A stretch of DNA of 64,000 nt from Eledone cirrhosa (taxonomy: Eukaryota). Below, in pieces: positions 40,900 to 53,801 of the stretch. How positions within the stretch are numbered: the stretch's first letter is position 1; every line of letters begins with the position of its first letter. A model generated the notes under the pieces. It did no database searches and was not told where the DNA came from. It saw only the letters and a list, made by a program, of their open reading frames with translations. Position numbers and translations under genes: made by a program. The stretch spans positions 233,306,001-233,370,000 of the forward strand of contig OZ024742.1 in assembly GCA_964016885.1 (NCBI GenBank), read 5' to 3'.

Positions 40900-41926
40900 A
40901 CATACATACATGCATACATACATTAAAACTTTCTGACTATACTTACGGGAGTGGAACTGGCCCCTAGGCCAACGAAACACTCGTCAATTGTATAGTGACA
41001 CCACTGCCCACAGTAGCCAATTGCTCTACAGTTCAATACCTGCCTGATCTACACACTAAAGAAATCGCCTGCTAGAAATAGCAGCTAACTATTCTCAAAC
41101 AAATCCCACCCAACTTTCGTTAAAGAAAACACAGACATACAGGATGCAAAGAGCCATGGTGGGACCCTTGAATATTTGGTTCCCGTTAAAACAAAGAAAG
41201 AGGATCTCTTTGAATTTTGAGAGAAACGCCTTCCCTCCGGGATCCTGAAAGCAGTTTTATTCAGCTTTGCAAAATTTCTCTCAGAGATGACCTCACTCTT
41301 GTAAAAAAAAATACGGGATGGTCATGACTGGAATGTCTTTTATCATAGTTTTCTTTGGCTAAACAACAGTAACAACAACTGGGCTATTTTAGAGTTAAAT
41401 GTTTTGCCTGTGTCAATGCCAAAGTTCATTCTTAGGTCATTGTCGAGTAGGTGCATTCTGTCGAATTAGTCGTTGATAAAGGAAATTACTAATTCATACA
41501 TAACACATACATACACAAAAGAGACACATTTATTTATATATATATATATCGATAGATCGCCAAATAATAGAAATAAAACGATTCCTTTTATGTCTTGGTA
41601 ATAGAAATGGAGGAGAGAAAGAAAGAGACTTTCTTCTTTCTCCGTAAACCCCCCCCCCCCTCCTCCAAAAAAAAAAAACACAATTAAAACAAAAAGTCGA
41701 CTTCAAATGGTGATCGATCAAGGTGGTCAATACTTTGAATTATTTTGTATAAAATATCAAACTAATATCAAACAAACAAGGGGACATAATTGATATAGAT
41801 TTGAAATTCCCAGCGCTCTTTTCTTTTCTTATTTTTATTTTTTTTGCAAGTTTTCTTTCTTCTCTCTCCCTGTTCCTTCTTTATAAACGTCTTTCAAAGC
41901 AAGTAAACTTTATTTTTAGGTAACGA

Positions 41927-41961
<35 letters not shown>

Positions 41962-42700
41962 GCGATAACGACGACGACGGCGATGGTAAACTTCGCTCGA
42001 ATATAACGATAAAACATCAATTGTATCCTTTCCGCCAAACAAAACATTCTTATTAATATCATTAAACTAACATGCATTAAGTTTGAGTTTCTATTAATTG
42101 CTATTACCCCCCTCTCTCTCTCTCACACACACAAAACAAAACAAACAAACAATAAAACAAGGAAACAACGAAGCTGTATTCAATGTAGACGTCATCACTA
42201 TAATTGTTATTTATATTTTGTGTTGTTAATAATATAACTTTTTATTTGAAATGTTTTTCTTGTTTTTCTTCTAGATTCTTTTGTTGTTGCTTCGTTGTTG
42301 CTTCGTTGTTGCTGTTGTTACTGTTGTTGTTGTTGTTTCTACTGCAACTGTTGTTGTTATTGTTGCTACCGTCAGTTTGTTGCGCTAGCGTTGTTGATTG
42401 TCGTATAGCAGTTGTGTCAATGCATGCTGTCGTTATTGTTATTACTGTTGTTATTACTGTTGTTGTTGCTGTAGTTGCTGTTGTTGTTGTTGTGCCTGCT
42501 GTTGTAGCTTTGTGGCAGTGTTGTTGTTGTCGCAGGTTAAATTACTTTCGATCGAAATACAGGGAAACTGGAGTCATGAATGAGAAAGTATGGAAAATTG
42601 AAAAGGTTTTGAATAAATAAACAGTCATGAATAAAAAGTAGGAAAGAAAGAAAAGAAAACACAAACGTACACCACACACATCCATGTATATATGTGTATG

Positions 42701-42746
<46 letters not shown>

Positions 42747-43258
42747 AAGTAGGAGAGAGTGAGAGAGATGGAGAGAAAGAGTTGTAAAAAAAGTAATATG
42801 AAAGAAAACAAAAAAGAGAGATAACTATGAATTTTGATAAATCTCAGTTATGAGAGTTTGGAGTCTTTATGATCGATGTAATTGTGATAAAGAACCACGG
42901 TCTAGACACACGGCCAAGTTGTCCAATGACACAACAACAGACCGTGTAGTAAAAGTAAGTTGAAAAGGGGTAAAGGGGACAGTAATGTGAAAAGGAACGA
43001 AGTTTAAGGCGGTACTAGAGAGGAAGAGATCGAAAAAGAGAAACGAGGAAAAATTAAGAAGAAAAAAAGCTGGCCGAGTGTCGATGAGACTGAAAGTAAG
43101 TTAATATAAAACAAAGTAATAATGTGTGGGGAGAAAAAAATAAAGATAAACAAAATGCTACATGAAATAAATTAAATAGAACAACAATCACTGAAGAAAA
43201 GGGCTCCGAGATACGAGTGAATCAAAAGGACCCAACACTAACTTCAGCTTTCCTTGCT

Positions 43259-43290
43259 ATTGGTTGATTTGCAGGCAAGAGAGGCGTGGC
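43259..43290. promoter_or_regulatory. Candidate CCAAT box + GC box
   Basis: ATTGG (43259-43263) and GGCGTGGC (43283-43290) about 20 bp apart in a TE-poor stretch; motif match only. Confidence 0.2.
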
Positions 43291-44344
43291 TTATTTCACC
43301 CATTCTTCTCTATCGTATGGAGGTAGAAATCGTTTTTGTTCTGTGTTAATTGTAAAGATGTTGTTATTGCTTCGTTGTCTACGTTGCACACACATATATA
43401 TATACACAAATGACATAAATGCATATGGGATCTTATTCATTAATGTGTATACACAGTCAACTGTAATATATTTTGCCTGCCAGTAATACTTTTGCGTAAA
43501 TAATACATCGAAGTTTTAATTATGGGAACTATATATGAAACCCCACCCCTTCTGTCGTTTTATAACAGAAGTTTCTAGCCAGACGCCCCCATCCCCTAAA
43601 CTCGTCAACTCGTTCACACCCACTCGTCTTTAGGCTTTTATTTTTTTGTTTTCTTTTTGTCGTCTCTCATATCATTTCAACACTATTATTTTTACTTAAG
43701 ATATAAACATACACTCACATTCATATATACATATATACATACATATAAACTTGCACTTACAGACACACTGCATATTCACACGTTACAAACGCACTTTCGT
43801 ATAAGGCTTATTATAGAAATATAGACGAACCAGTGAATGCCATACATACACATAAATACACACCTCCTTTACAAAACTGATCTCCACTCCAATATACACA
43901 TGATCGCCACACAACCATATTCTTGATCCACTTGATCTTTATATAAATATACACATGATAGAGTAGCTGAGAGGGAAGAGAGAAAGGGGGGGGGGAAATT
44001 GGTGGTGATGGGGCTAATAAGAAAAATGATACTAATTACGGGCATATACTATAATACACAGACATGGTTCTTTCCATCGTCTTTCTTTCGTTTTTTCTTT
44101 CTTTTCTTCGGTAAATTGAATGCATAAAGCCAACATCAACGTGTGACAACTATAGCAACAACAACAATACGTCTTTAACCCCTTTCCCCTTCTTTACACC
44201 CATCTACATCCAACTCAAAACTTTCACCCCGTTTCTCATTTTCTTTTCACTTCAACTCTATTTTTGTATATTTTATTTTTGTTAATAGTTTCAAAACTCC
44301 TCAATTGCTGTGCCAAATAATTGGAAAGGGTCGTCTTTGTTACC

Positions 44345-44395
<51 letters not shown>

Positions 44396-46179
44396 GGTCC
44401 ATGTATGTATGTATGTATGTATGTATGTATGTATGTATGTATGTATGTATGTATGTATGTATGTATGTGTGTATGTATGAGTGTATGTATACATTATGTA
44501 TGTATGTGTGTATGTATATATGCATGCATGTATGTATATATGTATGTATATATGTATGTATATATGTATATATGTATATATGTATATATGTATGTTATTG
44601 CCGCAACTAACCTGAGTAGACAGATATAACAAAACACAAAACATGTATATATGTGTATGTGCGAGTATATATATGCATGAGATTATTTATTCATATTAAT
44701 GTGTCTTCAGATTTATGTGTTCGTTTTCGAACAACCTTATATATTTTATCTAACTATTTAATTATATATTTTTATTTCTTCATTTGTTATTTTATTTTTA
44801 CCCCATCTTTTCACCATTTGGCTTTCGGCAAACTGAAACTTTCTTGCAATGAAAAAATAATAATACTAAAAAGAAAAGAACGACATTTAATGTATTAAAT
44901 GACCGTCTTCCCTGTCATATAGAAATACAACAAATTGCTTGTTGGCCAAAAGAAAATTGTTATTGAATAGATCAATTTTCGGGAGAAAGAAACCATTCTC
45001 ATATTTTCATTTAATCATTTATTTTAAAGAAAGAGATTTGTTTTGAATATATGTTTAAAACTATTTCTTTGTTCAGTGTGCACATTTGCTTCCGTATATT
45101 AATTCATTACAATTATAAATAAACTAAAACTGTTGACAGTTTTCAAAATCATTTTAAAGCTTTTTATTAATATCTTCGAAAATATAAGTTGTGTATAATG
45201 TGCCTTTTTACTTTGTCGACAAATATTCTCCATTTATAAGTGAATATAAATACACAGAAGAGAAGATAGTTCATTTTAAATTATTTGAAATATAATTTTA
45301 GTGAGTCAATGGTTGTATTTTAAATTGTCCGTTACTCAAATTGAAATAGTGAATCCCTAAAAAAAAAAAAAAAAAGTGATTGGGATAGTGGGGCTCATTA
45401 ATCAAAATGTACACTAGAGCGGTACTTGTGATCGCTCTCTATAAATATATTGATTCCACCATCGGTTTCAACGATAAACATTCAGGTGTTCGTTCAACTA
45501 CATCTCCGATTCATTAATTAACATCTAAGTGACTGTATATTCCTCAGACATATGTACCTTCTTTAATGCAATTTACAAGCCGACTCGGCACGACAAAATA
45601 TGGTTCAAAGTTGGATCTTTGAATCCAGCGGGCTTCCACACAGTTTCCTGAAGCCATGCTTATTACACTTATCCCAGATGCTCCGTAGGGAAATTGACCC
45701 AGCGATCTCATGATTTTGAAGCAAACTTTGTGACCACTCAGCCATGACTTCAGTTAATATAAAGTACATTACCGCTGATTACTCGGAGCAAAGACTACAG
45801 AAATTACACACCTTACTCAGTAGAGAAAAAAAATCTCAACTATTATTGCTTCGTTAGATGGATAACTACCAGCAAAGGAAGGCCCTTTTCGTGCAGTGAC
45901 CAGTGCTGGGATGGGTAATGTAACATCTTGTGCTCATATCAACGTCTTACTTAACGAATTACTTTGGGGGAACCTATATTTTCGAATTTGTAAATTCGAA
46001 GCTTACTTAGAGGAGAATTTCCTTGGGAGTTTTAGTGACAAAACGTTAGATAACATTGAGACCGTGAGCCGTGACTCAGTCATAATAATTGTAGTTAAAA
46101 ATGTGTGTAGAATCAACTTTTCAAAGAATAACAAATAATAGCTTCCAAAATATTTCACACTAGCTCGAATTATTGACCA

Positions 46180-46372
46180 AAATAATTGTTTCTACTTTTG
46201 GCACAAGGTCAGCAATTATCCCAGTGTATGGCTGGTACTTTATTTTATCGACGCCGTAAGGATGAAAGGCAAAGTTAACCGTAACGGGATTTGAACTCAG
46301 ACCGTAAAGGGACGTAACTATGCTGGAAAGCATGGTGTCCGATCCTCTACCGATACTGCCAATTCACCGCCC
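46180..46372 (-). mobile_element. Full-length Meta-domain-like tRNA-derived SINE
   Basis: Head GGCGGTGAATTGGCAGTATCGGTAGAG, B-box GAGTTCAAATCC, core and AGAAACAATTATT tail; flanked by CCAAAATAAT direct repeats. Confidence 0.85.
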
Positions 46373-46575
46373 AAAATAATAGCTTGTGTTGGGTTGGGTT
46401 GGCCCAAGGAAACAATTTCATATCATCAGAATTCACAAGATGTTTTAGGTAAAACTAAATAATAAGATATATGTTTCTTACCCTTTCACTCGGGCATTAC
46501 ATAATCCATTGCTGTTGTTCACAACATAAACTAACTTGTATATATAAGAGTTCTAAACATTTCTTTACTTTCTTC

Positions 46576-46645
<70 letters not shown>

Positions 46646-46656
46646 TATATTATATA

Positions 46657-46704
<48 letters not shown>

Positions 46705-46730
46705 TATATTATATATATATATTATATATA

Positions 46731-46803
<73 letters not shown>

Positions 46804-46844
46804 GAAATATATATATATATATATAGAGATAGATAGATAGATAG

Positions 46845-46932
<88 letters not shown>

Positions 46933-47278
46933 CAGTTGTCCCGCGGTATTCGCGGGGTTTATGTTCCTAGAGCACCCGCTAAGAGTGAATAAGACCGCGA
47001 ATATTGGACATGGTCCATAAAAATGCCTATAAACGTCACAATATAACGTAAAATATAATAAAAAAGAAGAGGGAGCGTCTTATGTGAAGGGGCGTTCAAT
47101 AGGCAGGCAAATACGGTATACTATTATTAAGAATATATATATTGCCACAAAAAAAGCCACTAAAAAATCGCGGAAGATATTTACGATTCTGCGAATATGC
47201 GGGGGTTGTCCACGAAGAACTATTAGTTATGTTGTAAGAGGAAAATTCCGCGAATAACCGTGAATGTTGGTTGTACTA
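46933..47278. mobile_element. Tigger-like MITE
   Basis: TA|CAGTTGTCCCGCGGTATTCGCGGGG left end with repeated CCGCGAATA motifs; decayed right end ..GTACTA|TA. Confidence 0.65.
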
Positions 47279-47440
47279 TACTAACATTTTCATTGCTCCT
47301 TGGTAACCTTTACATGAATTCTTTGTGTTTCTAAAAACGAGATAAGAACAATAACAACAATACACGAGAGATAGCAACAACAACAACAACAACAATATCA
47401 ATACATGAGAAATAGCAATAACAACAACAACAATATCAAT

Positions 47441-50018
47441 ACACAAGAGATAACAACAACCACAATATAAATAAACAAGAGATAGCAACAACCACAGTAT
47501 CAATACACAAGAGATAGCAACAACCACAGTATCAACACACAAGAGATAGCAACAACCACAGTATCAACACACAAGAGATAGCAACAACCACAGTATCAAT
47601 ACACAAGAGATAGCAACAACCACAGTATCAATACACAAGAGATAGCAACAACCACAGTATCAACACACAAGAGATAGCAACAACCACAGTATCAATACAC
47701 AAGAGATAGCAACAACCACAGTATCAACACACAAGAGATAGCAACAACCACAGTATCAATACACAAGAGATAGCAACAACCACAGTATCAATACACAAGA
47801 GATAGCAACAACCACAGTATCAATACACAAGAGATAGCAACAACCACAGTATCAATACACAAGAGATAGCAACAACCACAGTATCAATACACAAGAGATA
47901 GCAACAACCACAGTATCAACACACAAGAGATAGCAACAACCACAGTATCAATACACAAGAGATAGCAACAACCACAGTATCAACACACAACAGATAACAA
48001 CAACCACAGTATCAATACACAAGAGATAGCAACAACCACAGTATCAACACACAAGAGATAGCAACAACCACAGTATCGATACACAAGAGATAGCAACAAC
48101 CACAGTATCGATACACAAGAGATAGCAACAACCACAGTATCAACACACAACAGATAGCAACAACCACAGTATCGATACACAAGAGATAGCAACAACCACA
48201 GTATCAACACACAACAGATAGCAATAACCACAGTATCAATACACAAGAGATAGCAACAACCACAGTATCGATACACAAGAGATAGCAACAACCACAGTAT
48301 CAACACACAACAGATAGCAACAACCACAGTATCAACACACAAGAGATAGCAACAACCACAGTATCAACACACAACAGATAGCAACAACCACAGTATCAAC
48401 ACACAACAGATAGCAACAACCACAGTATCAACACACAAGAGATAGCAACAACCACAGTATCAACACACAAGAGATAGCAACAACCACAGTATCAACACAC
48501 AAGAGATAGCAATAACCACAATATCAACACACAAGAGATAGCAACAACCACAGTATCGATACACAAGAGATAGCAACAACCACAGTATCAATACACAAGA
48601 GATAGCAACAACCACAGTATCAACACACAAGAGATAGCAACAACCACAGTATCGATACACAAGAGATAGCAACAACCACAGTATCAACACACAACAGATA
48701 ACAACAACCACAGTATCAATACACAAGAGATAGCAACAACCACAGTATCAACACACAAGAGATAGCAACAACCACAGTATCGATACACAAGAGATAGCAA
48801 CAACCACAGTATCAACACACAACAGATAACAACAACCACAGTATCAATACAGAAGAGATAGCAACAACCACAGTATCGATACACAAGAGATAGCAACAAC
48901 CACAGTATCAATACACAAGAGATAGCAACAACCACAGTATCAACACACAACAGATAGCAACAACCACAGTATCAACACACAAGAGATAACAACAACCACA
49001 GTATCAACACACAACAGATAGCAACAACCACAGTATCGATACACAAGAGATAGCAACAACCACAGTATCAACACACAACAGATAGCAATAACCACAGTAT
49101 CAATACACAAGAGATAGCAACAACCACAGTATCAATACACAAGAGATAGCAACAACCACAGTATCGATACACAAGAGATAGCAACAACCACAGTATCAAC
49201 ACACAACAGATAGCAACAACCACAGTATCGATACACAAGAGATAGCAACAACCACAGTATCAACACACAACAGATAGCAACAACCACAGTATCGATACAC
49301 AAGAGATAGCAACAACCACAGTATCAACACACAAGAGATAGCAACAACCACAGTATCAACACACAACAGATAGCAACAACCACAGTATCGATACACAACA
49401 GATAGCAACAACCACAGTATCAACACACAAGAGATAGCAACAACCACAGTATCAACACACAACAGATAGCAACAACCACAGTATCGATACACAACAGATA
49501 GCAACAACCACAGTATCAACACACAAGAGATAGCAACAACCACAGTATCAACACACAACAGATAGCAACAACCACAGTATCGATACACAACAGATAGCAA
49601 CAACCACAGTATCAACACACAAGAGATAACAACAACCACAATATCAACACACAAGAGATAGCAACAACCACAGTATCGATACACAAGAGATAGCAACAAC
49701 CACAGTATCAACACACAACAGATAGCAACAACCACAGTATCAATACACAAGAGATAGCAACAATCACAGTATCAATACACAATAGATAGCAACAACCACA
49801 GTATCAACACACAAGAGATAGCAACAACCACAGTATCGATACACAAGAGATAGCAACAACCACAGTATCAATACACAAGAGATAGCAACAACCACAGTAT
49901 CAACACACAAGAGATAGCAACAACCACAGTATCAATACACAAGAGATAGCAACAACCACAGTATCAATACACAAGAGATAGCAACAACCACAGTATCAAT
50001 ACACAAGAGATAGCAACA
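47441..50018. repeat. 32 bp minisatellite, about 80 copies
   Basis: Unit CAAGAGATAGCAACAACCACAGTATCAAYACA with few variant positions and no spacers. Confidence 0.97.
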
Positions 50019-50340
50019 AAAAATTAACAACAAAACAAAAGTGACAGCAACAACAACATCAATACAGGAGATATAACAACAACAAAAATAACAACACAAG
50101 CTAAGTGATAACAACAACGACAGCAGCATGAATATCCAAAATACCTTCAACGTCGGTATTGACCAGGTAAAAATAATTGTTTCTACTCTTGGCACAAGGC
50201 CAGCAATTAATCCAGTGTATTACTGGTACTTTATTTTATCGACCCCGTAAGGATGAAAGGCAAAGTTAACCTTGGCGGGATTTGTTTTTACTTATAAACC
50301 GATCAAAGTTGACCTGGAATTAAGCAATAAAAAGTGATCC

Positions 50341-50495
50341 TCAGTACTTGGTAAAGAAGTTCGCTTGTAACCCCGTAGTTTCAGGTTCGATGCTACTGCG
50401 TGTTGTCTTGGGTATGTGTCTTCTAATGTTGCTTCGAGTTGACCAATTCTTTATGAGTGTAATTTGGTACGAGGACTCTATGTGGAAGCCCGTTA
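50341..50495 (+). mobile_element. tRNA-derived CORE-like SINE remnant
   Basis: TGGTAAAGAAGTTCGCTT..CAGGTTCGAT..CTTGGGTATGTGTCTTCTA..GGAAGCCCGT followed by (TA)n. Confidence 0.6.
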
Positions 50496-50565
50496 TATAT
50501 ATATATATATATACATACACACACACACACACACACACCTGTATGTGATTGTGTGTGTATCCCCC

Positions 50566-50733
50566 ATTCAATCAGGGGTAACCACAGTAGGTAAGATAAG
50601 ATACTCAATACATAGCAGAGTATAAATATTTAATATAGAAATGGCTTCTACAGGACTAGAACTGTTTCATTCGAAGGAAATCATCATTCCTTCGAATGAA
50701 ACAGTTCTAGTCCTGTAGAAGCCATTTCTATAT
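50566..50733. mobile_element. PLE-type terminus with perfect 47 bp inverted duplication
   Basis: Arms 50633-50679 and 50687-50733, spacer ATCATCA (reverse complement of part of the CUGAUGA box). Confidence 0.7.
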
Positions 50734-50752
50734 CAAACACACATATATATAT

Positions 50753-50799
<47 letters not shown>

Positions 50800-50800
<1 letters not shown>

Positions 50801-51017
50801 CGAAGGAAATGTGGTAAGGAACCAGGTGGACCATAACGCACCAAAGTACTCAATACTTAGAGTAATAGGAACGAGTAGGACCCCGACGGCTGAGCTCAAG
50901 CCGTTTCGACGGCTAATTCTGGACTAATTTTAGACTTTTTAGACTCATTTTAGACTTTTTAGTCCAGAATTAACCGTCGAAACGGCTTGAGCTCAGCCGT
51001 CGGGGTCCTACTCGTTC
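50800..51017. mobile_element. Second PLE-type terminus with 59 bp inverted duplication
   Basis: Arms 50869-50927 and 50959-51017 (one mismatch) carry GUC-GAAA-CGGC-UU; the same family start recurs at ~59005-59068. Confidence 0.65.
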
Positions 51018-51309
51018 ATATATATATATATATATATATACACATATGTTTTTGTATGGTACCGTAGGGGCGCTGTATTGAAATACGGCGTTTTTTTTTT
51101 TTTTGGCATTTGAAGCCCTCTCCAGGCCTGAGTACAGCAGAAAGATAGAAAGTGAGAAAGAGGAAAATGAGAAAGAGATATAGAGGAAGAATCAACCCCA
51201 GCACTAGACTGGTACTTTTTTTTTATCGACCTCGAAAGGATGAAAGGCCAAGTTGACCTCAGTGGGATTTGAACTCAGAGAGTAGAGAGCCAGAAAGAAT
51301 ACCATAAAG

Positions 51310-52039
51310 CAGTGCTTCTCAAACTATCTGATGTGGCGGACCGGCATTTTGTTTTTCAATGTGTCACGTACCGCTAATATTTCGTAGTAATATTAATTTA
51401 TACCGGAAACGATATATATAAAAGGATCGATCGACTTTCGTCAAATCGGACCGAGGAAACAATGTTTCCTCGGTCTTTCCAGTTGCTAATACTATCTATC
51501 GGTCGCAACTCCAGGTAGAAGGAGCAACGTGAAATAAAGTGTCTTGCTCAAGGACATAACGCATCGCCCGGTCCAGGAATCGAACTCATAATCTCAAGAT
51601 TGTGAATCCAATTCTCTTACCACTCAGCCACACGCCTTCACGATATATATAATGAATATAATTGTTTCTACTTATGGCACAAGGCCAGCAATACCCAGTA
51701 CATTACTGGTACTTTATTTTATCGACCCCGTAAGGATGAAAGGCAAAGTTAACCTCGTCGGGATTTGAACTCAGAATGGCAAGGGCCGTAACTTTATACG
51801 TCAAAGCATGGCGTCCGACCCTCTACCGATACTGCCAATCCACCGAATATAATAATAGTTGACCATTTTTTTATCTTCTATTTATTTTGTAAACAAATAA
51901 TACAATATCAAAACATAAAAAAGCAATAAAAAAATTCCTCAAATGATTCCTTAGCATGGCCTGGACACTGGCCGCGTACCGGTAGCTGATGGCTTGCATA
52001 CCGGCACCGGTCCGCGGACCACCACTTTGAGTAGCACTG
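51310..52039. mobile_element. Non-autonomous hAT (Charlie-like) inserted in a SINE and carrying two SINEs
   Basis: TIR CAGTGCTTCTCAAA / TTTGAGTAGCACTG; TSD CCATAAAG / CGATAAAG; SINEs at ~51520-51640 and ~51657-51846 inside. Confidence 0.85.
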
Positions 52040-52328
52040 CGATAAAGTATTCTTATCCGACGTTCTAACGACCCTATATATATACCTTACTTCTAACTAT
52101 ATGTTTAATTGAATCTACATAATAGATGATTATATCCTTCATAATTCTCTTTTTGCACAGGAATATATTTTTGGCACCTGCTTCAGATTTGGTACTTGCT
52201 ATTAGTTATCTATACTTATGCTCAACTATCTTAATTTATTCAGATAAATAAAAACTATAGTTGTTTATATATTTCATAGACTATATATGTTTTATATGTA
52301 CATGTATGTATCTATGCGTACGTACATC

Positions 52329-52424
<96 letters not shown>

Positions 52425-52439
52425 TGCGCGCAACATGTG

Positions 52440-52560
52440 CATGTGAAAAGTCAACAAGGAAAACACTACGGGAGAATAATACAATACCATGATGATATAG
52501 CAGAAAGAGAGTCAACGTTTCGGACGTTAGTCCTTCATCGGAAGATAGAATGAGAGTTAG
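52440..52560 (-). mobile_element. PLE-type terminus with mutated hammerhead core
   Basis: Minus: CCGAUGA-A-GGAC-UAAC-GUCC-GAAACGUU; no clear stem I. Confidence 0.5.
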
Positions 52561-52618
52561 AAGAAGAAATAGAAAGAGACGAGAGTAAGAAAAGAGAAGG
52601 AAAGAAACGGAAAAAATG

Positions 52619-52683
<65 letters not shown>

Positions 52684-53801
52684 CTGATATATATTTAAGA
52701 ATGCCGAACTTAGTCGTACAGGAGCAGAATAATGTTGCAGAATAGTTAAGATTTAAGTTCATTAAATTATTTGCTGCTTCATTGTTCTTCACCCCAGTTT
52801 TCAGTAATTCTAATAGTATTTTGGAAAGGTGAATGAAAGTGAATCAGTATTTTCTCACATAGTTAATTGTATGTAGCCCTAATGAGTACACTCACATAAA
52901 TATGCATGTAGTAAATAATAACTCTCAAGGTAGCAGAGATGACAAGTGTATTGTTTTAACTGGCGGAGCCCATATCCTCTCCAAGCCTGAACACACCCGA
53001 TTTATTCAAGTGGAGAGGGGGAGGGGGGATACTCGACCCTAGTACTGGACTGGTACTCTATTTATCGAACTCGAAAGAATGAAAGGCAAAGTTGATCTCG
53101 GTGTGATTTGAACTTAAAAAGGGCCGAGAACGATACCGCAAAGCATTCTAGCCGCAGTTATAAGGGCTCTGTAAATTCCTCGTCTCACCTTCAGTACATC
53201 TCAGGTTGGCTTTACACCATCTCAAAAATCAAATACTTCAGAAAAAAAAAAGAAAAAATTCAGAAGAAATTCCGTATTTTATGGTTCTCTATAAACTTGC
53301 AACAAACCTATATTTTTCAAATTACTGTGGATTGCTACAGGAACTTCTATTTACTATTATTATATTTACAAGGATGCTGGCCTTGTGCTAAATTTATTTG
53401 GATCGGCAGTATCGGTAGAGCGTCAGACACCATGCTTTGTATCATAGAGTTATGACCCTTTACGTTCTGAGTTCAAATCCCGTCGAGGTTAACTTTACTT
53501 TTCATCCTTACGGGGTCGATTAAATAAAGTACCAGTAATGCACTAGGGTAATTGCTGGTCTTGAGCCAAAAGTAGAAACAATTATTATATTCATTTTTTT
53601 TTTTTGTACTTGTATTAATTTGCTGTTTTGTTTGTTTTATTATATCTGGTTAGTGTTCCTTTTCTTCGTTGTTAATTTCAGAAGTTATTTAACACGAACT
53701 CAGCAATGTTTGAGCAGACTAATGATCGAAGCTGTTTCAGATATGACCATCCCATCTTTTATTCCAACAGTATATTTACGACTACTTTGTCTTCACTTTT
53801 C

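Noticed and set aside
42245-42541. Stop-free minus frame encoding a Q/T/N-rich peptide
   Set aside because: No ATG, preceded by an in-frame stop, no good splice acceptor; expected for CAA-rich DNA.
47276-50195. Cys-rich repeat protein on the minus strand
   Set aside because: Translation of the 32 bp satellite (three units give 32 aa) with scattered stops.
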